A stretch of 64,000 nucleotides of DNA from a virus. Lineage: Duplodnaviria; Heunggongvirae; Uroviricota; Caudoviricetes. This document shows positions 1-9,700 of the stretch, piece after piece. The stretch's first letter is position 1. The number at the start of each line of letters is the position of its first letter. The translations under genes were made by a program, and so were the position numbers. The stretch is taken from the IMG/VR virus record IMGVR_UViG_3300014205_008670, positions 1 to 64,000 of that record. One strand, 5' to 3'. The notes under the pieces were generated by a model that did not search any database, was not told the origin of the DNA, and saw only the letters and a list, made by a program, of their open reading frames with translations.

Positions 1-50
1 AAAAATAATAAATATTGGAATTATAGTTCCAGAAGACTTAAAACATCTAG

Positions 51-296
51 ATGAGGATAGCAAAAATTCAAATGAAACCTTTTAATTTAAAGAAAAAGTC
101 AAGTGAGACACTTAATATATACCGAGATGAAGAAGGAAGATATACGTTTAGCTACTCTGAAAAAGATGACGAAATTATTATAGAATCAATTGAAATACCA
201 AATATTTTTGGAAAAGATCTTATGACAGTTATTGGGATTATTTCAGATTTAAATTTAGAATTAGAATTTTTATACAAGAATGTGTATGAGAGATAA
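51..296 (+). CDS. hypothetical small protein
   Basis: 81-aa ORF with an ATG start immediately upstream of the giant ORF. No recognisable motifs. Confidence 0.3.
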   Translation: MRIAKIQMKPFNLKKKSSETLNIYRDEEGRYTFSYSEKDDEIIIESIEIPNIFGKDLMTVIGIISDLNLELEFLYKNVYER

Positions 297-301
297 TTTT
301 A

Positions 302-760
302 ATGCCGAAAATATTAAATGTACCTAAAAGCAAACAAAAATATTCTTGGGATTGTGGTCCACATACATTTATATCTATAATTAAAGCATTAAAAAATACG
401 GTCCCTTCTGAAAACGAAATTATTAAAAATTTAAATGCAGATAAAAAGACTGGAACTGATCCGTTAAATTATATTGAAGCACTAAATAAAGAAAATATAA
501 AAAGTCATTTAATGGAGAACCCAGATATAGAAAAAATAAAGAAAGCAATTATATCAGGAAATCCTGTTGCTTTAATTGTTCAAGCCTATTCTGATTCAAA
601 GGAAGAAGTAATAAATTTAAAATCAGGACATTGGGTTGTATTGGTTGGAAGTGATAAAGATTATTTGTATTTCATAGATCCTTTAAGTAAGAGTGGAATT
701 ACAAAAATAAAAGAAAGTGATTTTCTTTATAGATGGAAAAACATAGTAAAAAAAAATCAA
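302..760 (+). other. C39-like papain-fold cysteine peptidase domain within the giant protein
   Basis: Cys in SWDCGPH (aa 18) and His in SGHWVVLVG (aa 110) at the spacing typical of C39 bacteriocin-processing peptidases. Confidence 0.6.
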
Positions 761-3700
761 CCTGAAAAAAGAACAGCAATAGTTATTGACTATAAAATAG
801 ATAAAATAATAAAAATAAAAAACGACATAGATTTAATGCCAATGTCTTTGGGAACAAATAAAATGAATTATTGGTATAAAAAAGCTTCACAAGAAGAAAA
901 CATTATTGAAAAGCTTGAAAATGATGATTATAAAAGTCATGAAGAATTAATTTCAGATCTTGAAAATTCTGTTTTAATCTGGAGAGAGGTAAGGTTAAAA
1001 AACGAAAATATTGTAATTTTATCTACTGATGGTAAAAAAGAATATGTTGCTATAGTCCATGATGGTTATAATGATTTTGATGATATTTTTGATTGGTTTT
1101 ATGGTATTTCTGATATTGACATATATAATTATGTAGACTATCTTGAAGAAAATGATTTTTGGGAAGGCGTATCTGAAGGGTATTTTCTTTATCATGCTAC
1201 AGACTGTAAGAATATTGAAAGTATAAAAGAAAAGGGACTTATTGTTGATTGCAAGACTAGAGCAATTACCAATAGAAACATGCCTTGTGCTGTTTTTTCG
1301 CACCCAAACGATACTTCGTTAGATTCATATGGGGATTGTGTTATTGGTATAAATGTTGGGCTAATGAAAAAAGACGGTTATATGCCAAAAACAATGAAAG
1401 AAAATGGTATGGAAGAGGCAGAAGTAAGAGAAATTTTGGCTCATAAACTAGGAATTGAAGATTTCGATATTTATGATGAACTAAATAAAGGTATGTCTCA
1501 AGGTTTAGATCCAGAAACAATAGCCTTTCTTGGTAATATTCCTCCAAAGTATTTAATATTTCCAGAAAATATAAAAGCAAACAAAAGTTCTTCAATTAAA
1601 ATAGCAACAAAAATGACACAAGAAGATTTTATAAAACAATTCAATGATTTTCAGAAAAAAATAAATAAAGTTTTTGAAAAGTATTCATATATAAATCCAG
1701 AATATATTAAAGAATACAAAGAAGACTTTTTTAAAAATCTAAATAGATTTATTGAACATTATGACTATACTTCGTTAGATTTAGATGAGTTAATGAAAAT
1801 TTTAGATGATATTTCTTATGCCTATAAAAATGCTGGATGGATCATGGATTCCGCATTTTCAAAGAAACAAGAAACAAAAAATATTTCTAATCTTAAAGAT
1901 TTTAGATCTGAAGTTTATTATCTTGTTATGCAGTTTAAAAAAGGATTTTTAGAAAATAAAAATCCAGAAGGAAGGCTGGATGTTTTACAAGAAGTTTTTG
2001 ATTTAGTAGATTATTCGCTAGATGAATTATCTTTAAAGTATAAGAATTATAGTGAAATTATAAAAAAAGCTGTTTCTATATGGTCTGAAGCTAAAACAAA
2101 AATAGCAGAACAAATCTTTCAGTCTCCGAATAGACTTTTCAACTACGTAAGGCATTTTATATCTAAAATTGAAGATTTAGATACTGAAACATCTGATATA
2201 GATTTTAACTCTGAAATAAACATAAAAGAGCATTATTATGATGGAATTTGTCCAGATTGTGGTATGGAAATTCCAGAAAACTCAAAAGTAAATGATTCTT
2301 GTAAAGATTGTGGTCATGTTTTTAATTTAGAATATGAATTAACAGAAGAAGATTTAGATAGGCTTGAAGATTCTATAGATAAAGAGTTTAGAGAAGATCT
2401 ATATAGGTTGGGATATAATTCTCTTAGAAAATTAGAAAAATTTCTTAATATTGAAAAAACAAAAGAGTTTGAACACTATGAGGGATTTGAAGATTTTGGA
2501 AATAATATATTTTTAAATAATAAAAGTTGGTATAAGTTATCTCAAAATGAAGATCACATTAATATAAATTTTGATCCAAGCGGAACTGGAAGCACTCCAA
2601 ATAATCTAAATATAGAATATCTTGGATTTACAAAATATCTTACCCCAAATGAATTTTTATCTAATGCTGCACCATTACAGGAAGTTAATGAAAAAACAAT
2701 ACAATACTTTATTGATAAATATAAAAATGGAGAACCAATTAGCAATCCAACATTTTATGCGATATACGACGAAGATAAAAATGTTTTAGAAATAACAGGA
2801 CATGAAGGAAGGCATAGAATGGAAGCCTTAAGGAGAGTTTCTCCTAATGAAAAAGTTCCTGTTCATATTTTTCCACAAGGTTTAAGGGCAAGACATTTTG
2901 TTGATAAAAATGTTAATGAAATTAGTTTTGTTCCAGAAAAATATTCAGAAAAAAAATATAGCGGTAAAAACTTTATTAAAAATTCAGCTAATATTGGTGA
3001 GCAAATAGATTTATTTGAAAATGATGTCGAACTATCACCATTTACTTTGTTAAATGGTTATTTTAAAATTCTTGAAGAAATAAAGCCATATTTAGATGAA
3101 TCCGTTTTCGTTCATTTTGATCAAACAAATATAGATGAAATGGTTCAAGAGGAAATGGAAAGTCAAGGCAATGATTATGCAAACAATTATTTGGAAAATT
3201 ATGACGATATATATGGACAACTAATACATTCATTAAGAGATCAAGGTTATTTTGATGAAAAAGAAAATACTTATAAATCACTATTACAAGAAATCTCCAA
3301 TAAAATAAAAGTAAAGTCCATGGAGATTTTGTCTTTAGAGCCATTTTCCAAACTGGTAATAGATAAAATAAATAATAATGACTTTTTTTTAACAAAGATT
3401 TTAAACAAAGAAATATTTGATGACAATGAAAATTATTTTAAAAATAATGAAGATGTTGATATTTTAAAAAATATATATTTAAATGGTGATTTTAATTCTA
3501 TTTGTTCTCAGTATGTTGATATTAATTATTTAATTGATAATTTCCCTTCAATTTTTGATTATTATTCTTATCGTGGACTAGAAAAGGGTCCTGGATATGA
3601 AACCCTTATACCAATACTAAACGAATATGATGATTCAAACTTTTCAATTGAAGAAGAAGATTTAGTGGATCTTATTCCATATCAAAGTAAAATAGAGTGG

Positions 3701-6700
3701 ATATTGGAAGAATATAATGATCAAATTTTAGAGTCTATTCAAGAGGGAACATATTATAGTCTTAAAGAAAGTTATAGTGAAATGGCAAGGAAGCTTGGTG
3801 TTGGTAAAAATGAAAAAGACCTTGAAAATTTTACAATATTAGATTTGTTTGTAAATGCTGGAATAAACATAATAGAAGATCCTGAAAATCCAGAAGGATC
3901 TTATAGTGATTCTTTTATTGAAGAACTTAAGGGAGGGGTATCATATTTGTATGAATTTTTTAAAGACAATAAAGACGAAAGTGTTGATTTTTCAGAAAAT
4001 TGCCTTTATCTTTTAAAACAAATGCAAGAAGTTTCTGTTTCTATTGTTATTTCAGGTTTAAATTTAGATTATGATTTTTATAAAGACAACGTGTTGTCAA
4101 TGTTTAAAAACCAACTAAAACTTACTTATCCTGGATCTTTTGAACTAAATTTTGCAAAATTTATTATGGAAATGTGTCATGAGTACGCTGAGATAAGAGA
4201 CGAAAAAAAAGAAGAAAAAGATGAGATTTTAGAAACATATCATTTAAATATTTCTAAAAAAGACGAGTTACTTTCCAGAATTTCAATAACAAAATCTGAA
4301 ATATCTTCATTAGAGGACTTAAAAAAAACAGGGAATATTTCAATAGTAGATTATGAAAAAAGAAATAGTGAACTAGAAAATAAAATGGAGAAAGAAAATA
4401 GAAGGCTAGAGACTCTTGAATATGATATAAAAAAAATACAAGAAAAGCTTCAGGTTGCACAAGAAAATATTCCAGAGTTTCTAAATTTAAGAAATTGTAA
4501 TGTTGCAAAAATTCTTATGAACAAAATTGCAGTATTATTAGAGAATAAAGATAAAGATAGTTTTTTCCCTAAATTTTGCTATATAACTAATCAAAATGTT
4601 AATAGAAATGTAAAAAAGAATTGGATTGCAAAAAACGCAATACCATTTCTAGAAACATATCTTAATACTACACCAAACCCAAATGGAAGCATACAAATTC
4701 TTTATCAAAAAATGGGACCACTAGCTGGAACTGATAGAGAAACAATTCCTCAAAATGTTGCTGCTGGTAAAAATTATGTTTTAAAATGGCTTTCTTCTAG
4801 AGTTTTTGATTCTGGTGAAGAAATACACAATTGCATTCAACCGTTTTTTGACCACACAATTATGGGACAACAATTTTTAGGAAAGTTTTTAGAAGATGAG
4901 TTTTTAGGAGAAAGAAATTCAAATACAATAAATTTAGTTTTACGAGCAAGAAAAGATCTCATTGAAAAAAAACATTTAATTCCTGGGGAAAAAAATCCAC
5001 CTTCAGAAGTTTTATGGAGTCCAAGTAAAAAAATTGAGAACTATATTGTTCCCGATAAAAAAAGGGATATTCTTGCATATCATGAATATTCATTGGCATT
5101 ATTGTATGGAGGTGTTGGAACTGGAGATACATTGGGAATGTTTTCAGTAGAACTTTTAAAGGAAGGCTACTCAAATAAAGCTATAGAACATTTTTTGTCT
5201 AAAATTAATTTTGAAAAAGGACAAAATATAACTCCATATAGTTCAAATCATGGAAATTTTGATTTCGTTATTACTTCAAAACTAGATCCCATAAATGTTG
5301 TTGCTGGAGATAAAACAAATTGCTGCTTTTCAATTGGAGATGCAGCAGAAAGTTCACTAGTAGATGCTTTTACAAATCCTGATTCCGGATTTTTAATAGT
5401 TTATATTGCAGGAACAAAAACGCTAGTGGCACAATCATGGATAAGATTAAATTATGATTCAGAAAAAACGCCTTCCTTATACTTAGACAATATTGAGACT
5501 GTATCTAAATACAAATTTTCTACAGACTTAACAAAATGTTTTAAGTTGTTTGCAGAAAAAATTAAAAAAGATAGAAATTATAAAAATGTTTATGTTGGTA
5601 AAAATCTTTCTAAAATAATCTTTCATTCTCCGGCAATACGACCAAATGATATTCCTCGCTTTCCCGGGGCAAAGTCCGGAATATACTCAGATTTATCTAC
5701 AGGTGCTTGGATTATTGCAAATAAAAAAACTGATAAAAATTGGTATAAGATTTCTGGAGTAGAAGATTTTGTTTCTGGCATTCAAAATTATGACATAAAT
5801 GAAGTAATTGAAAAATATCCAAATGAAAGCGAATTAAATGAAGAGCAAAAAAGAAATATTAGAAGTATCTCTTTTTCTACAAATTATGGGTCTTCTAAGT
5901 CTAAAACAAAATTATTTTTAAAATATCCACAATATACATATTATTCTCTTTATGTTTTAGAACAGTATTTTTTAGGATATAACCCTGAAGAAAAAGAAAT
6001 TTTATTAATTTGGAATAAAATGGATAAAGAGAAAGATCAGAATATACCAGATAGTTTGCCTGCTTATATTTATAACGATATAGCAAAAAATTATACTAAT
6101 ATGATTTCAACAGAGTTCGCAACCAATGTATTTAGAAACAAGACTAAATATCCCGGGGCTTTAATCTATGCATGTGCAAAAAAATTTCCAGACTTGTACA
6201 AATGTTTAAACTCTAATAATCCAGACACTGTTTTAGACTCTTTATTAAAAAAGATTGAGTTTCCAAATGAAAAAAACATTGAAGAATCAATAGAAATAAC
6301 AAGAAATATGGTTAGACCTTTAAATAATATAGACGGAACCGTTCTTTCAGAGGAAGAATATAAAAAAGAAAAAGAAATAAAAAATCAAAATCAAAAATAT
6401 TTTATTGATTTTTTTGTAGAATTAAACAAAGAAGAAAAAAAATTATTTAATATTTTAAAAAGAGATAGTGAAAGTAATTTTACATCAATTTATTCAAGTA
6501 GTTCTTATTGGAATATTTCTTTAGATTCAGCAAATCTTTATCTTCTTTTAGATAAGGTTTTAGATAGTTATAAAAACAAAAATAATTATATTGACAAAGA
6601 TTCTGGATTTAGAGTTTATAATTTTACAATTAAAGAAAAGCAATTATCATATATTTCTTTTTGTGGAAATTTAATTTCAAAAGAAATTTTAGAAAATATA

Positions 6701-9700
6701 ATTAAATCTTTAGGGTCTGTAACAAAAAAAGAATCCGAATTTAGCATCAGTAAATATGACTTTAATATTTATTTAAATGGAGAAAAAAAAGAAGTTTCAA
6801 TTAATAGTGAACATATTTCATCCCCAGATAATTGTTTTAGAAGGGATCGTTCAAATACAAATTTAAGTGGGTTTATATTACAAAGTTTTCCATTATACGA
6901 AGAATTATATATGGATATTTTTAATAAAAAATATAAAAATATTATAGATGAAACTGCTAATGAAAATGATTTTGTTTTACTGAAAACAGATCCATTATTT
7001 TATTTACTAGGAGAATTAGCAGGAAATGAAGCATCATATATTTTCGTTAATAGACATAAAGTTATTGATAGAGAAACATATAATAAAATATCTAATCCAT
7101 TTTCCTATAGTGTTACTACTAATGATTTTCTTGAGTTATATAAAAAAATAATTTCTAAAATTCCACAAAATATTAGGAAGTCTTTTGAAAAGCAAAATAT
7201 TGAACATCTGTTTAATTTTAAAATAAACGATCCATTAAAAAGTAATACTTGGACCTATTTGTGCTCTGGTGTTTTTTCACCTGAATTTATTCAATCTTTA
7301 ATCGAAAAATGGCCAGAAGATGCAAGAAAGGTAAGAAATTTAATTAAGTCTAATTCTAGTGAAGAAGTAAATAATGAACTAAAAGAAAAGATTGATATTT
7401 TTTCAGATAAAAAATTAAAAAATTTAAACAAAGATATTTCAGAATTTTTACTTGGTCAAAATAATTCAAAATTATTCCATGTTTCAGATTTTCCTGAACT
7501 AAAAGAATTTTCTACAGATTTTTTAAACTTTTTTTTAAAAAACAACGATAAAGAAACATACAACTATCAAGAAAGTGTAAATGAAACTAAACTTCAATCA
7601 GCTTTAAAAAACTTGGAAAAAATAGAAATATATATAGTGGATAGCCATAACTTAATAGAACAGTTTGGTGAAGAACAATTGAGAGGCTATAGAATTCATC
7701 CTGAAAATATTTCTGGATTTTATTCTGGTCCATATAATATTTTCCAAAAACCAAATCCTATTATAGTTATTTTTTCTGATAATACAAGTTCTGCTGAGGA
7801 TATATGTGAATCTGTTTCAGAGATATTGGGAATGAGACCTATTGGCTCAACTGGTTTAAATCTAAGAAAAGAACAAACACTATGGCATGAAACAACTCAT
7901 GGTTTAATAGATTTAGCAATTGGAGATATTGAAAAGGAAAGAAATTATTATGAAAACACAACAACATGGCTTTCTGATATTGAAGAAGTTTTAACAATTT
8001 CTTATGGCAATTTAGACTATATAAAAAATAGAGTTTCTGAAATGGTTGAAAGAACATTTCCTAAAGACAAAAAAATGATAGAAGGGTTTATCGAAAATCT
8101 AAAAAAAGATTTAATAAAAGAATTCCCATTGGAATTTTACGGTGTTTATTCAGAAAAAGCAAAAATAGAAATAGACGAATACGTAAAAGAAGAATTACCA
8201 GAAATTCTTTCAAAAGAAAATATGGACTCCTTAAAACAATCAATTGTTTCTATGTTTTCAAAATTCTTTTTATCAAAGATGTTAGTCCAAAAATTTGACT
8301 CTATTAATAGTATAGGTGATGATAGAAATAAACTAAAGTTCCCTTCTGATAAAATAGTTCCAGAAGTAAATGAAGAACCTTATGTGCAAAATAAAAAAGA
8401 TGAATTTATTTTAGAATTAGAAAAAAGAAGCGATTACCAAGACTTTATAAATAAAGTAAAAGAAAGAATAAAAGGCATTACCTTTAGCAAAAACAAAGAT
8501 ACTATGTATGAATATAAATCATATATAAATAATACTAAAAACAATATGAGTCCTATTTTTACTATTTATGATCTGATTAGATTTATATATGATCAAAACT
8601 TTTACAGTTTAAGTGATGTTGATGTAAATAAAATAAATCCATATTTTGAAGATATTATACCAGAATCACTACTTAATGATATAACTGAATATGTAATAAT
8701 AGAAAAAGAAAAACTTAATATACCCTTAAATATTCAGGAACCTGAAATTACATCAGAAGAGGCTGAAGATTTGGGAAATATGATTTATGACACAAGAGAA
8801 AATATTGGAAAAGGATGGGAATGGTTAGCTTTTAATGAAAATAAATTGTATAAAAAAGCTAAAACAAATTGGTATAAAATTTCTCAACATACAAATACAT
8901 TGGTTTGTATAGATATACAAGAAGAATGGAAAGAATATTTTTCAAACATTGATATGTGTGATTTTTTTAAATTTATTAATAGTTATGATAAAACTATTTA
9001 CGTAGTAGATTCTTTGGCTTCAGGAATTGACTTTTATAGCGATTATAAAGCAAAACTTCCAAAAGATTTGGCATTTCAATTCTATAACAATAGCAATGAA
9101 GACAAAAATAATGACGAATTTGATTTTGATAGTTTGTATGAATATGGAGAATGTCCAGTTTCTCCTAAAATAGATTTTCAGATAAAAAACTATGGAGGAA
9201 TACTAAGAGAGGCTATTGATGCTGGCATGGACAATGAAGTAAAGTTTATGCTTAAATCTATTATAAACAAAGATATAAATGAAGAAAAGTTAGATTATAT
9301 AGAAGAAACAATTAAAGAACTTGATAAACATACTGGAATTGATTATTGGGAAAAAGAATTTGACTTTCTAGAAGCAGATCAATTGGCACAAAAAATTTAT
9401 GAAAAATTTTCTTATCATTCCTCAGAACTTATCCAAGGTATTCCTAATGATTTTTGGAAAAGCTTAGGCTCTATAGATATTTGTGGTGGTGGAATTAATG
9501 AATGTTTAGCGGAAGTTACTGCTGCATTAGATATCCTTGATGTTCAATATAATATTATTAATAAATATACTTATGGAAGCAATGAAAAGTTTTATAAAAA
9601 CTCATTGGCCAAAACTTTGACAAACAATGATTTGTCCATTACAGTACCTAATTATAGAAAGGAAAGTAAAATGCTTACTTTTGCTCAAATGGCAGATGGT

